Shown: piece after piece, positions 9,490 through 20,186 of the stretch
How the letters are laid out: every line of letters starts with the position of its first letter
Numbering within the stretch: the stretch's first letter is position 1
Assembly (NCBI GenBank): GCA_016928835.1
Contig: JAFGJW010000007.1
Coordinates: 12,158-76,157 of the forward strand
From: Candidatus Woesearchaeota archaeon
GTDB taxonomy: Archaea > Nanobdellota > Nanobdellia > Woesearchaeales > GW2011-AR15
Length of the DNA stretch: 64,000 nt
Reading direction: 5' to 3'
The notes under the pieces: model-generated
Database searches by the model: none
Seen by the model: the letters and a program-made list of their open reading frames with translations, nothing else
Told to the model about the DNA's origin: nothing
Position numbers and translations under genes: made by a program

Positions 9490-10562
9490 TACAAGGTCAA
9501 AACTACAAAACAGTCTGGATGGAGGGCAATATAATTAAATTAATCAACCAGCCGCTGCTCCCACATAGATTTGAGATTACCGAAGTCCACAATTATGAGG
9601 AAGTATATCTGGCAATAAAGACCATGGTTGTAAGGGGCGCTCCAGCAATCGGTGCTACAGCAGCTTATGGTGTTGCACAGGCAGTATATGATTTCCAGGG
9701 TCCGCTTAAGGCATTAAAACACCACCTAGCTAAAGTTAATAAGAGAATCGCATCTTCAAGGCCTACTGCACAGGACCTGTTTCATGGAATAGCTAATGTA
9801 ACTAACTCAACAATAAATTCAAAAACAGTAAAAGAAGCAAAGAAAAAAGCAGTAGAAGCAGCAGAAGAATATGCTAATAACAGTGTAGAAGAATGTAAGA
9901 AAATTGGTGAGCATGGCAGTAAGTTAATCAAGAATAATTTTAAAATACTGACACACTGCAACGCAGGTGCTTTAGCTACTGTTGATTATGGGACTGCTCT
10001 GGCGCCAATAAGGATTGCTCATTACAATAGTAAAAAAATATTTATATATGTTGATGAAACAAGACCAAGGCTGCAAGGTGCAAGATTGACTTCTTTTGAA
10101 TTAGGTGAAGAAAATATTCCGCATGCAATTATTGCAGACAATGCCGCAGGGTATTATATGAGACAAAAAGAGATAGATATATGCATAGTGGGTGCCGACA
10201 GAATAGCTGCGAATGGTGATGTTGCAAATAAAATTGGTACTTATGAAAAGGCTGTCCTGGCTAAAGAGAATGACATCCCATTTTATGTTGCCGCACCCTT
10301 ATCAACATTTGACCTAAATTGCAGCTCAGGGAATAAAATACCTATTGAAGAAAGAGATCAAAGCGAAGTATTGTTCAGTATAGGCTGGAACGATAATGGT
10401 GATTTTAATAAGGTAAGAATATCACCTGAAAACAGCAAAGCAAAGAATCCTGCATTTGACATCACACCAGCTAGATATATTACAGGGATTATTACGCCTA
10501 AAGGGATAATTAATGCAAATAAACAAGGAATAAGAAAACTATTCTGCGTAGAGAGGCTCTAG
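9483..10562 (+). CDS. mtnA: S-methyl-5-thioribose-1-phosphate isomerase
   Basis: VRGAPAIG, THCNAGALAT, ETRPRLQGARLT, NKIGTY and NPAFDITP motifs. Confidence 0.9.
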   Translation: MLIQGQNYKTVWMEGNIIKLINQPLLPHRFEITEVHNYEEVYLAIKTMVVRGAPAIGATAAYGVAQAVYDFQGPLKALKHHLAKVNKRIASSRPTAQDLFHGIANVTNSTINSKTVKEAKKKAVEAAEEYANNSVEECKKIGEHGSKLIKNNFKILTHCNAGALATVDYGTALAPIRIAHYNSKKIFIYVDETRPRLQGARLTSFELGEENIPHAIIADNAAGYYMRQKEIDICIVGADRIAANGDVANKIGTYEKAVLAKENDIPFYVAAPLSTFDLNCSSGNKIPIEERDQSEVLFSIGWNDNGDFNKVRISPENSKAKNPAFDITPARYITGIITPKGIINANKQGIRKLFCVERL

Positions 10563-10862
10563 CGCTTCTATTAAAAGTTCATTTGCACTTTTGCGAAGTT
10601 CAACAGTGCCTTCCCTGCTGCAATAAGGACATCTGTTAACTTCAGCTGATTTCCGCTTTGAGAAATTGTACTGGCATGCCTTGCAGTGATATCTAAGGAC
10701 TTCTTGAACTTCTTCTTGTTGATTCTCCTCAGCTTCGAAGGGTATCTCAATTTTCCTGGTTTTCTCTCCTAGACAGTACACACATAACAATTTAGCATTT
10801 GTCATAGAGAACTTGATCTCAGAACTTGGATACTCATTTTTGCATTTTGAACATGTCAGCAT
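10539..10862 (-). CDS. Double zinc-ribbon hypothetical protein
   Basis: Four CxxC pairs; lies downstream of ftsZ. Confidence 0.7.
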   Translation of the reverse strand: MLTCSKCKNEYPSSEIKFSMTNAKLLCVYCLGEKTRKIEIPFEAEENQQEEVQEVLRYHCKACQYNFSKRKSAEVNRCPYCSREGTVELRKSANELLIEALEPLYAE

Positions 10863-10894
10863 AACAATCACCTGTAAAAATAAAAGATAAAATT

Positions 10895-11938
10895 TCAGCT
10901 CAATATCTCAATCTTGAGCTCGTCATTAAACAATCTTTGCTTTTCTGCCGCTCTTTCTTTGACACACTCTTTTCCAAGGATCCATGGGCTTTTTACCCCA
11001 GTTATAATTGTCATGACGCACAATTTGCCTGTCATCTGATCATTTACTCTTGCTCCCCAGATAACATTTGCATCAAGATCCATGGAAGCAGTCACTAATT
11101 CTCCAACTTTAGAAACATCCTCAAGTGTCATATCTGGCCCGCCTTCAACATGGATAAGCGCTCCTGTAGCTCCCTCATAATCAATATTCAGCAGCGGATT
11201 GCTCAAAGCACCTTTTACTGCCTCCTCCACTCTGTTTTCTGTGTCTGAAACACCTATACCTATGCATGCAACTCCTCCATTAGTCATTATTGCCTTCACA
11301 TCTGCATAATCAAGATTCACTAAAGAAGGTACAGCTATAATCTCAACAATGCCTCTGATCATTGTACTTATTAATTCATTTGCAACTGCAAAAGCCTGTC
11401 TAACTGGCAGATTACCAGCAATCTGCACAAGCCTATTATTATCTATAACCACAACAGTATCACAATAGCTTCTTAGCTGCTGTAATCCAAACTCTGCCTT
11501 ATCGATTCTGGCCCTCTCAATATTGAATGGCATTGTAACAGTGCCTATCACAATATTACCCATCTCCTTGCATAATTTTGCCACAACCGGCGCAGCGCCT
11601 GTTCCTGTTCCGCCGCCCATTCCTGCGCATATAAAAACCATGTCCGTATCTTTTAACGTATTCTTTATATTTGCACTGCTCTCTTCAGCAGCCTGTGCTC
11701 CCAGCTTTGGAAAGCCTCCGCATCCAAGGCCTCTAGTAACATCCTTGCCTATCAAGAATTTCTTATCTGCATCAATAACACTAAGATGCTGTTGATCTGT
11801 ATTGCATGCAATAACTTCTGCACCCTTAACTCCTTTTTGGTATAGCCAGTTGACCATATTATTGCCGGCTCCTCCGACACCAATGACCTTTATTCTTACC
11901 TGACCTACATCCAAACCTTCATATACTTGTTCTGTCAT
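10895..11938 (-). CDS. ftsZ: Cell division protein FtsZ
   Basis: GVGGAGNN, GMGGGTGTG and NLDYADV motifs. Confidence 0.97.
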   Translation of the reverse strand: MTEQVYEGLDVGQVRIKVIGVGGAGNNMVNWLYQKGVKGAEVIACNTDQQHLSVIDADKKFLIGKDVTRGLGCGGFPKLGAQAAEESSANIKNTLKDTDMVFICAGMGGGTGTGAAPVVAKLCKEMGNIVIGTVTMPFNIERARIDKAEFGLQQLRSYCDTVVVIDNNRLVQIAGNLPVRQAFAVANELISTMIRGIVEIIAVPSLVNLDYADVKAIMTNGGVACIGIGVSDTENRVEEAVKGALSNPLLNIDYEGATGALIHVEGGPDMTLEDVSKVGELVTASMDLDANVIWGARVNDQMTGKLCVMTIITGVKSPWILGKECVKERAAEKQRLFNDELKIEILS

Positions 11939-12125
11939 TTTTCCCTCCTTTTTTTATAACATTTCAAAAAAAGTATTATTTATAATAAATGAACTAATAT
12001 ATAAATTTTACTATTAGTGTGGATTTTTGTATATTAATATTATAAAATGTATTTTTTAGAATATAAATAGGTAGTAAATAAGTAAAATAAAAAAATTTAT
12101 AACATCATGTAGCAATTGAAAGCAC

Positions 12126-12692
12126 ATGGAAAAATATTCTGGTGTAAAATTCAAAACAGTATTTCTCAGCAATAATATTCTCAAAACAACTGCAGATACT
12201 AAGAAGCTACTAAAATGGTGCAGAGTTTTTCATGAAAAAGGTTTTGCCCCTTGTTATGATAAGGGGTCATGTGGAAACTTGAGCTATAGAACAGAAAAAG
12301 CAATGATTATAACCCCAAGTTCTTGCTTTTTTGACAAAATCACTGAAAAAGACCTTGTGACAGTATTGGCCCTAGATCTTAAAGCAAAGCAGGTATTTGT
12401 CCATGGCATAAGGGAACCCTCCTCTGAAACTTTCCTTCATGCTAAAATATATGAATTAAGAGAAGATATAAACGCGGTCTTCCATGGGCACTGCGATAAT
12501 ATTGTTAGGAACGCCAAAAAACTGAAGCTTGTTGAAACAGAAAAAGAGCAAGCTTATGGCTCGCTTAAATTGGTTGAAGAAGTAGAAAAAGTCCTCAGAA
12601 AGAATAATATTATTGTATTGAAGAACCATGGTTTTATTTCTTTAGGGGAAACAATGGAAGATGCTGGTGAAAGAATATTAAGAATTATTTAA
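12126..12692 (+). CDS. Class II aldolase/adducin family protein
   Basis: GNLSYR, PSSETFLH, HGH and LKNHG motifs. Confidence 0.85.
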   Translation: MEKYSGVKFKTVFLSNNILKTTADTKKLLKWCRVFHEKGFAPCYDKGSCGNLSYRTEKAMIITPSSCFFDKITEKDLVTVLALDLKAKQVFVHGIREPSSETFLHAKIYELREDINAVFHGHCDNIVRNAKKLKLVETEKEQAYGSLKLVEEVEKVLRKNNIIVLKNHGFISLGETMEDAGERILRII

Positions 12693-14661
12693 GCAAACCC
12701 TCCAGCCATTTCCCTGCCTGATTCAGCCATATCTGTATCTTCTCCCAAAAGGTGGGCTCATTAAGATCAATAGAAAAATGTTCTTCTGTTAGATAAGCCC
12801 TGCCTTCTTCATCTTCATAGTGAATTAAGATAGAGAACCTATTATCCATTAGTTTAAGCAGGTCACCTGAGAGTGTGTACTTAAAGGGTTTATATGAGCT
12901 TAATTCATCCAACTCTGCAGTCTCTTCCTCACCATTGACAACAAACACAACTTTTATATTTTGTGGCTCAGAAAAAGACCTTTTCCAGAGCTCAAAAACA
13001 ATATCAAAATTATCTCTGTAAGTGACTTTATCAGGATAAATTAAATCAGTTACCTCAATTAAGGGCCTGTCAATTACAGTGATGGTAAGAAACTCTGCTT
13101 TGCTAACATCTTTATTCTTTGCTGTTGCTGTCAGCGCCTTTTGCCCAAGCTCGCCGTAGCTTAATCCAAAGGTTACAGCCTCTGCTTGTGATATGCCCAA
13201 ATCTATTGTCTTGCAATCACTATCCAGGCATATCCTAAGATTATTTAGGATGACATTCCCAACATTCCTTACACTACAATTCACAGAAAAAGACTTATTC
13301 ACATCCGCTTTTTCCTGGTGGGCACAGTCAAGTGTAACATCTCCCCTATAAACTTTGTCCTCCTCATATTCACTCAATAGACCAAGGATGTGCGTATAAG
13401 TAAATTTGATTGCATTATTCTCTGCCTTAAATTCAGACTCATGCTCCTTATTTGAGCTCGTCCTTATAGAAAAAGGGAAAGTATAAATGTAATTCTCTCT
13501 TAAATCAGAATCTACTTCTGCAATCCAAAAAACCATTTTCTTTTCTCCGGGTTTTAGCAGAACAAATTTTCTCTGGTCTTTAACAACTATTTCCTTTGGC
13601 TTTGATAGGATAAGTTCAGTTGTGACATAATAGTCTTTCTTATTAGTTAGTGTCACTTCAATCAGATTATATGAGCCTATGTCTATTCTATCTGACAAAA
13701 CATCTAATGTAACATCAAACAGTTCTGAAGCAGCTTTCCCATACTCACTTATGCTAACTTCTGTACCAAGGCTTTGTGCGTTGAGCTCAGTATCAATTGA
13801 TTTCCACTCAAATGTTGTGCTTGCTTTCTGGGAGTCTATTGAATGCTTTAGCTTAATATGCCCTGCATCCACATAGCCAAGCTGGCCATATGTCACATCA
13901 AAAGGCACCCAGCCATGGCCTGGAAAATATACCTCTGCCCACCCATGCAATCCCCAGGAATTTTGAAATGTCTCAATATTAGTGTATGCAATGCCGGAAA
14001 CAAATCTTGCTGGAATACCCATTGATCTGCAGAGAGAGATGAAAAGGTTTGTCAGTTCATCGCACACACCCTCTTTATGTTCAAGCACCCAGGTTGATTT
14101 CTGAGTTGCCTCTGCTGTAACTGCTGAGAGAGAATCATCATAAATAATATTCCTGTTCACCCACTCAGCAAGCTTAAACACCACAACAAATAAATCATCC
14201 TCTCCCTCTGCCAGAGAAGAACCCAGTTCAATAATCTCTTTGTTAATGTCAATGAGCTCAGTTTCTTCTAGGTATTCCTCCTCCTCAATGCTGAGCAACG
14301 GAAATCTAATCTTTTCTGTGACTGGAAGAAAGTCATCATATGTTCTTATCTTTGAGAGCAAATAGTAATCAAGCTTGGTCTCAGCTGGTTCGTCCCATGT
14401 AAAAATGACTGAATCATCTTCTCTTACACCAGGAACAGACTCAAGGCTTATTACTTCCTGCCTGTAATCGTCAATTGGCAGAAAAGCCAGTTTCGCACTA
14501 ACATAGTCAACTCTGCTTCGAGAAGATGTTTTCACCAGATTGATAGTTGAATACAGCCTAAGCTCCATAACTACATCATTTACATAAAGCACAGCATCAT
14601 CTTCAGCCCAAACAGTAACAAGCAATAAGATAAAAATAACTAGCACAAATAATTTTTTCAT
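12685..14661 (-). CDS. Secreted transglutaminase-like domain protein
   Basis: Signal peptide; GVCDE, HGWAEVY and WVPFDVT triad motifs. Confidence 0.85.
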   Translation of the reverse strand: MKKLFVLVIFILLLVTVWAEDDAVLYVNDVVMELRLYSTINLVKTSSRSRVDYVSAKLAFLPIDDYRQEVISLESVPGVREDDSVIFTWDEPAETKLDYYLLSKIRTYDDFLPVTEKIRFPLLSIEEEEYLEETELIDINKEIIELGSSLAEGEDDLFVVVFKLAEWVNRNIIYDDSLSAVTAEATQKSTWVLEHKEGVCDELTNLFISLCRSMGIPARFVSGIAYTNIETFQNSWGLHGWAEVYFPGHGWVPFDVTYGQLGYVDAGHIKLKHSIDSQKASTTFEWKSIDTELNAQSLGTEVSISEYGKAASELFDVTLDVLSDRIDIGSYNLIEVTLTNKKDYYVTTELILSKPKEIVVKDQRKFVLLKPGEKKMVFWIAEVDSDLRENYIYTFPFSIRTSSNKEHESEFKAENNAIKFTYTHILGLLSEYEEDKVYRGDVTLDCAHQEKADVNKSFSVNCSVRNVGNVILNNLRICLDSDCKTIDLGISQAEAVTFGLSYGELGQKALTATAKNKDVSKAEFLTITVIDRPLIEVTDLIYPDKVTYRDNFDIVFELWKRSFSEPQNIKVVFVVNGEEETAELDELSSYKPFKYTLSGDLLKLMDNRFSILIHYEDEEGRAYLTEEHFSIDLNEPTFWEKIQIWLNQAGKWLEGLLK

Positions 14662-14754
14662 GTCAAGAATATTTTTATATAGACTATATAAGATTTTCTA
14701 TATTCTTTATTTGTATCCGTTAAATTTATAAAACGAGTCATATCTTTAAGATAT

Positions 14755-15315
14755 ATGGGAGATAATAATGACAAGGAGTTTCTTGATGAGTTTGATATTG
14801 ATGTCAAACGGTTGATAAAACATCTTGTGCAGTTTATCGTAATCATAATACTATTTAATATACTGTCAACTTTTTTTAGAGGAAAGACCATTTTATTATT
14901 TGAGGAGATAATTAGCCTTGAAATAATCTTATTGATTCTGTTCGGACTATTATCGCTTCCGCTTGTAGGCAGGCTGGTTGCAGATACTCGGATCCTAATT
15001 GCATTATTATCAAGTTTTATAATTAAGAGATTTCCTGGAATGACGCAGGAAGTCCATCCGCTTATCAGGATTTTTAGGGATATTGTCTATATCATTATCT
15101 TGTTCCTTGTTTCTGTTCCTGCAATTCCTCTTTTCAGCCAGTATATGGTATTTGGCTATCATGTTACACATATAGTCTCTTTATTATTATTGGCACTGCT
15201 CGTTGTTTTTCTATATGATCTGTCAAAAAACATTTTTCAGCTCACTCATGGGCATCTTAAAGAAGCAGCTGCACATTTTCTAAAGATAATGGATAAATTA
15301 AACAAGAAAAAATGA
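14755..15315 (+). CDS. Hypothetical membrane protein
   Basis: About 4 TM segments; coupled to the downstream permease. Confidence 0.65.
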   Translation: MGDNNDKEFLDEFDIDVKRLIKHLVQFIVIIILFNILSTFFRGKTILLFEEIISLEIILLILFGLLSLPLVGRLVADTRILIALLSSFIIKRFPGMTQEVHPLIRIFRDIVYIIILFLVSVPAIPLFSQYMVFGYHVTHIVSLLLLALLVVFLYDLSKNIFQLTHGHLKEAAAHFLKIMDKLNKKK

Positions 15316-16601
15316 CGCCTGAGATAATTGCGCTCCTAATTTTTACACTCACATATCTTTTGTTCATAAGTGAACTGGTACATAAAACAGTGGCAGCATT
15401 AATCGGCGCCATGCTTATGGTAGCCTACGGCATTCTGAGTTATAATGAGATTGGCTCAACTATTGATTATAAGACACTGACAGTGGCAATTGGTATGATG
15501 ATTACAATTAATGTTGTAAAAAAAAGTGGACTATTTGAGTATCTCTCAATAAAGGCAGTGAAAATTACAAAGGGCAATCCCACAAAATTGATGGTGGTAA
15601 TAGTCTTGCTGAGCACACTAATATCAACATTTTTCAGCAACATAACCTCAACCTTAATATTAGGAACTTTAGTAATTTCATTATGCCATATGTTAGACCT
15701 TGATTTTGTGCCTTACCTCGTTATAATTGCCATAAGTGTTAATATCGCTGGATTATTGACTCCGATAAGCTCTCTCCCAAACATTATGGTGTCTGCAGCC
15801 GCCGGATTGAGCTTTGGCGATTTCGGTTTAAATTTATTATTGCTTGGAATTCTGCTGCTGGCATCAACCATTATTTTCTTTATGTTCTTTTTTAGGAAAA
15901 CATTAACAAAACGCATTAGTAGAGAAGAAATTGATAGGCTGAAGCAACTAGACGAAAACAAAGAAATAAAAAATAAAAAACTTTTTACCAGGTCTTGCAT
16001 TATCCTTGGACTTATTGTTTTCTTCTTTTTGATTCAGGACGTGACCCATATTGGCAATGAGGCAATTGCAATCGCAGGTGCTATAATTATGTTGCTTCTA
16101 AGCAGCGCAGATCCAGAGGAAATGCTTTCACAAGTCCAATGGTCAACAATCGCATTTTTCATAGGACTTTTCATTGTGATTGGTGGCATAGAGAAGGTAG
16201 GCCTACTGGATAAGATATCTTACTTACTTGCTGAACATATCTCCTCATTGCTCTCTGCAATGTTTTTAATCTTGTCTGGCTCTGCAATTAGCTCATCTAT
16301 TGTTGATAACATTCCTGTGACAGCAGTTTTGCTACCTATTCTCAAGAATCTCAACAGCATCCTGAACATAAGCGGCAACTTTCTTTTCTATCCACTGATT
16401 GCTGGTGTAGCAATAGGAGGAAATATCACACCAATTGCCTCTCCTGCAAATGTAATCGCTGTTGGATTGGCTGAAAAAAACAAAAAGAGAATTAGCTTCG
16501 GTTACTTTATGAAGGCTGGTTTGTTTTTATCCTTGCTGCATATGATAATCTCCACATTGTATTTTAGTGCTATGATATATCTTCAATTTGGATCATTATA
16601 G
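15312..16601 (+). CDS. ArsB/NhaD (SLC13-like) ion transporter
   Basis: Multi-TM; SSIVDNIP and GGNITPIASPAN motifs. Confidence 0.85.
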   Translation: MTPEIIALLIFTLTYLLFISELVHKTVAALIGAMLMVAYGILSYNEIGSTIDYKTLTVAIGMMITINVVKKSGLFEYLSIKAVKITKGNPTKLMVVIVLLSTLISTFFSNITSTLILGTLVISLCHMLDLDFVPYLVIIAISVNIAGLLTPISSLPNIMVSAAAGLSFGDFGLNLLLLGILLLASTIIFFMFFFRKTLTKRISREEIDRLKQLDENKEIKNKKLFTRSCIILGLIVFFFLIQDVTHIGNEAIAIAGAIIMLLLSSADPEEMLSQVQWSTIAFFIGLFIVIGGIEKVGLLDKISYLLAEHISSLLSAMFLILSGSAISSSIVDNIPVTAVLLPILKNLNSILNISGNFLFYPLIAGVAIGGNITPIASPANVIAVGLAEKNKKRISFGYFMKAGLFLSLLHMIISTLYFSAMIYLQFGSL

Positions 16602-16613
16602 GGGCAGATAAGA

Positions 16614-17639
16614 TTATATCTGTTTTTCTATATTATCAATAAATTTGTTAAAATCTTTTTCCTTAATGCATGCCCCGCATGCATGCTCATGCCCGCCGCC
16701 GTAACCGTCTACATCTTTTAAGGCTTTTTGTACAATTGGAAGTACTTTCCTATTGCCGCAGCGCAAGGATAATTTAACTTCTCCAGACCTAGTCCTGCCT
16801 GTAATAACAAACTTATCCTGATGCCTGTACAGCAATTCATTACTCAAATCAGATGTGAACGACATCTTGTTTCCAGAATAAATAAATAGTATAATCTTGT
16901 CATTTGTCACTTTGACCTGCTTCAACAATTCATCATATTCAGTATTTATTTTTTGGAATCTTTTATAAATAAACCTTCCTTGCGGTGATGTCTGCTCAAG
17001 TATTTCATATGGATCATTTATTCTGGTCAATATTTTAACACATGTCATCGCTTCACTTGTTTTACCCTTGACAATAAAGTTAAATATTTTTGCTAAGAGC
17101 CCTATCTTAGAATTAAACAAAGCATCTTCTGGTTTCTTAATTCTACTGGACAATAAATCTGGATATTCTTTAATAAATTCATTCTTGAAATCAGGTATGA
17201 ACCAGTCTCCAATGCATCCAGCCATGGCAATCCAAATATCCTGCTCAACCACTTTATAGGCCCAGTAGCTTGTCGGAGAAGTATTGTTATTTGTACTTTT
17301 GATAAGAGGATTATAATATTTAACATTTTTCCTGGCAGCAGGCTGATGATGGTCCAACCAAACTACTTTGGTCTTGGCATTGTCAATGAAATCCTGGCTG
17401 ACTTTCGGGATGTCAAGAATAAATATCTTGTCAGGATGATATTCCTCAACTTTTCTTATAAATTTATCATCTAACATGGGGTATGTTTTAAGGATAACTC
17501 CTTTGCCTTCTTTAATAAATCTGTAGAAAAGCAAAAATGATGAAAGCCCGTCCGCATCATCATCAAAAAAGATTAAAGGGCGGAAGCTTGACTCTAGCTC
17601 TTCTCTTAGCTCTTGTATTTGTTCATTGGTAAAAGCCAT
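16614..17639 (-). CDS. DHH/DHHA1 phosphoesterase (RecJ-like)
   Basis: DDDADG, LDHH and GGGHEHACG motifs. Confidence 0.85.
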   Translation of the reverse strand: MAFTNEQIQELREELESSFRPLIFFDDDADGLSSFLLFYRFIKEGKGVILKTYPMLDDKFIRKVEEYHPDKIFILDIPKVSQDFIDNAKTKVVWLDHHQPAARKNVKYYNPLIKSTNNNTSPTSYWAYKVVEQDIWIAMAGCIGDWFIPDFKNEFIKEYPDLLSSRIKKPEDALFNSKIGLLAKIFNFIVKGKTSEAMTCVKILTRINDPYEILEQTSPQGRFIYKRFQKINTEYDELLKQVKVTNDKIILFIYSGNKMSFTSDLSNELLYRHQDKFVITGRTRSGEVKLSLRCGNRKVLPIVQKALKDVDGYGGGHEHACGACIKEKDFNKFIDNIEKQI

Positions 17640-17676
17640 TTAGACACTAAAAAAAACGGAATTTATATAATTTATC

Positions 17677-18099
17677 TTAAATATATATCCTGCGTGCATT
17701 AAATGAATCTGGTGTAATAATAAAGTGAACTTGACTATCATCTTCGTCTGAATATCCACCCAGGGGTAATGTGAGATTCCTGAATGAAACAGGTGTGGAA
17801 GGTGGCATAAAATCATAAATGCTTCCCCCAAATTCATAAAACCCGCACGGGTTTTCTACATAAACTCGGCAATTCCTAAGAAGTACAATACCAGATTTAT
17901 CTCCTGGTCCTGCAGAGCCGCATATTAAGACTTTCCTACCAAGACTATAGCGACCGCCTGAGACTAGCATTATTAATTCTCTTGGTAATTTAGATTGGCT
18001 AGCACTAAGTAATGTTTCAAGGCTCTCAAAGTCAGGCACTTCATGTGAGCCTGGAAGTAAATCTATTCTCTCTATCTCAGCTTCTTGTCTTGCATTCAT
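17677..18099 (-). CDS. Hypothetical protein
   Basis: 140-aa ORF overlapping the thiI-like stop (ATGA). Confidence 0.5.
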   Translation of the reverse strand: MNARQEAEIERIDLLPGSHEVPDFESLETLLSASQSKLPRELIMLVSGGRYSLGRKVLICGSAGPGDKSGIVLLRNCRVYVENPCGFYEFGGSIYDFMPPSTPVSFRNLTLPLGGYSDEDDSQVHFIITPDSFNARRIYI

Positions 18100-18704
18100 T
18101 TTATATTTTCAACTGCTTTACATATAATTTCTACAAGATTAAGTTTTTCTTCCTCTTCTTCAACCTTATCTAAATTAGCCTTTGTTGCAGGATTTTTTGG
18201 GAGCAGGGCGCAAGAGGGTGACCTTAGTATTGAGATATCATATGTTCCAATATCTATAGCCTTATTTATTGTTTCCTGTTTATCATTGCATAATACCGGT
18301 CTTAAAATTGTAATTTTTATGCTCCTGTCAAGAACATACATATTATGCAAAGTCTGCGAAGCAACCTGTCCAAGGCTCTCGCCTGTAATCAAATACTGAT
18401 ACTCTTTCTTATTCGCTATTGCCTCTGCTATCCTGTACATCATTCTTTTGCAGACAACACACCTATACCTCGGATAGACCTTTTCTGCGATTGCCTTCTG
18501 AATTTCTTTGAAAGGGACATCAAACAATTGAATTTTTTTGTTTGTTCTCTCAGAAATTTGTTTAATCAATTTTTGTACTTTTTCCAAAGACCTTTCATCA
18601 GTGTTAAAATGCACGCAGTCCACCTTGAGCCCCTGTTTTAGCATAACATAAGTGGCAACAGGGCTGTCTATTCCTGAAGATATTAAAGAAAGTGCATTAA
18701 CCAT
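18096..18704 (-). CDS. thiI: ThiI-like tRNA sulfurtransferase, catalytic domain only
   Basis: SSGIDSPVA PP-loop, CVVCKR, TGESLGQVASQTL and PKNPATKA; no THUMP domain. Confidence 0.75.
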   Translation of the reverse strand: MVNALSLISSGIDSPVATYVMLKQGLKVDCVHFNTDERSLEKVQKLIKQISERTNKKIQLFDVPFKEIQKAIAEKVYPRYRCVVCKRMMYRIAEAIANKKEYQYLITGESLGQVASQTLHNMYVLDRSIKITILRPVLCNDKQETINKAIDIGTYDISILRSPSCALLPKNPATKANLDKVEEEEEKLNLVEIICKAVENIK

Positions 18705-18813
18705 TAAGAAATCAAAACTAAGATAATATATAAAGATTTACCATGGCAAATTTGTTTAGATATATTTAAATATAAGATTTAAATCATAGAACTCACTTAG
18801 GGGTGGGAACAAG

Positions 18814-20148
18814 ATGGCCAGCGATACTATAAGAGTACTTTTTTATGAGCTTCCTCCTGAAAGTGTTCAGACAAGAGGGACGAAAGCACTTCGTCGATGG
18901 AAACATGAGGCGACAGATGACTATTCAAATGGACTACAGTCACAGATGTACTGGGGGTGTAGAGATCTCTCTCTCAGGAACGCGATGGGGCTTTCTGCTG
19001 AAGCTAGGAAGAGCTTAGTTGATACAATCAAGGAGACACGATTTACTGCTGAGCATGCCTCAAGAATTGAGGAAATTTGTCACATCCTTGGAAAAGGTGG
19101 AGATTATGATTATGTGGTTGTTGACGTCTCAGAACTCGCGCTAGATGAAGGCAAGAAGAGAACAGCGGAAATAAAGGAACTGTTAGGTTCTGGTACAGAG
19201 CCTGCCAAACTTATCGTGGTGGACGGGAAATTTCATACAAGATGGAAAGCCATGCGAAGATTCTATGAAGCGGACCACTGGATTACCATAAGACGACGGC
19301 ATAATTCTGTAGAGTCATTAAACCTGATAGCAGACTACCTCATTAGAGACATCCGTTCAAGGCATTTACCAAGACCCACTATTAATAGAGATATAATTAA
19401 TTTGGATGAAGTTTTGGACACTGTCCCTGAGCGTTTGAAAAGAATGCTTCTAAACCTAGTTTTAAATTGTGAAAGTAATGAGATTCATGACACTCAAGGC
19501 GCACCAACTGGGTGCAATCATCTTCCAGAACCAAGCTGCCGCGTTGAAGGTTATGATATTTTGCATTTCCTAGCAGCAAATCCAGGAAGGGATTATAGGA
19601 TATGCGGGCATTGTAGAAGTGGTACTGGTCTTCCCGGACCAACTGAATTTAGTGGAGAGGACATTGACTTTTTAAGATGGGCTGCTTTGCAGGTGGAGTG
19701 GAGAGCATTGATATATTTGGAAGAATTTGGTCAGGGTTTTATCTATTCATTTGATGGAAGCAGGAGCAAGTATGACCTTGCCCTTCCTGACACTAGGACA
19801 CTTATAGGAATGTATGGCGCCTGGAAGAATGAAACAGAGCCCGTGGTCTGGAAAATCACACCAGTAGACTGGGGAGGGGATAATCGATTAATTGTCAATC
19901 TCTTTTTGGCTTCTGGACCAATTTGGATTAGAAATTCTCTAGATCCAGACCTACTAAAAGATGTTATTCTGGATTATTGGATCGGACGGGATAGATATCG
20001 TAATACATTGGAGCATGCCTTGCAACACTACAGAGAGTATCTAGGAGGCAAACCTGGACATGTATATGCTGTGAAAGATGATGAGCAAAACCTTGCTGGT
20101 ATAGGAAGACTTATTGTAGAGAGAATCCATCCGCTAGTGGAAGAATAG
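18814..20148 (+). CDS. Hypothetical protein
   Basis: 444-aa ORF with an upstream TATA box; no recognisable family. Confidence 0.6.
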   Translation: MASDTIRVLFYELPPESVQTRGTKALRRWKHEATDDYSNGLQSQMYWGCRDLSLRNAMGLSAEARKSLVDTIKETRFTAEHASRIEEICHILGKGGDYDYVVVDVSELALDEGKKRTAEIKELLGSGTEPAKLIVVDGKFHTRWKAMRRFYEADHWITIRRRHNSVESLNLIADYLIRDIRSRHLPRPTINRDIINLDEVLDTVPERLKRMLLNLVLNCESNEIHDTQGAPTGCNHLPEPSCRVEGYDILHFLAANPGRDYRICGHCRSGTGLPGPTEFSGEDIDFLRWAALQVEWRALIYLEEFGQGFIYSFDGSRSKYDLALPDTRTLIGMYGAWKNETEPVVWKITPVDWGGDNRLIVNLFLASGPIWIRNSLDPDLLKDVILDYWIGRDRYRNTLEHALQHYREYLGGKPGHVYAVKDDEQNLAGIGRLIVERIHPLVEE

Positions 20149-20186
20149 TAACCCAACAGATATTAGCTATGCAGAGACAGAGAGCA

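Noticed and set aside
9483-10562. Ribose-1,5-bisphosphate isomerase of the AMP pathway
   Set aside because: The motifs (HCNAGALAT, QGARLT) fit MtnA, and there is no RuBisCO or AMP phosphorylase in the window.
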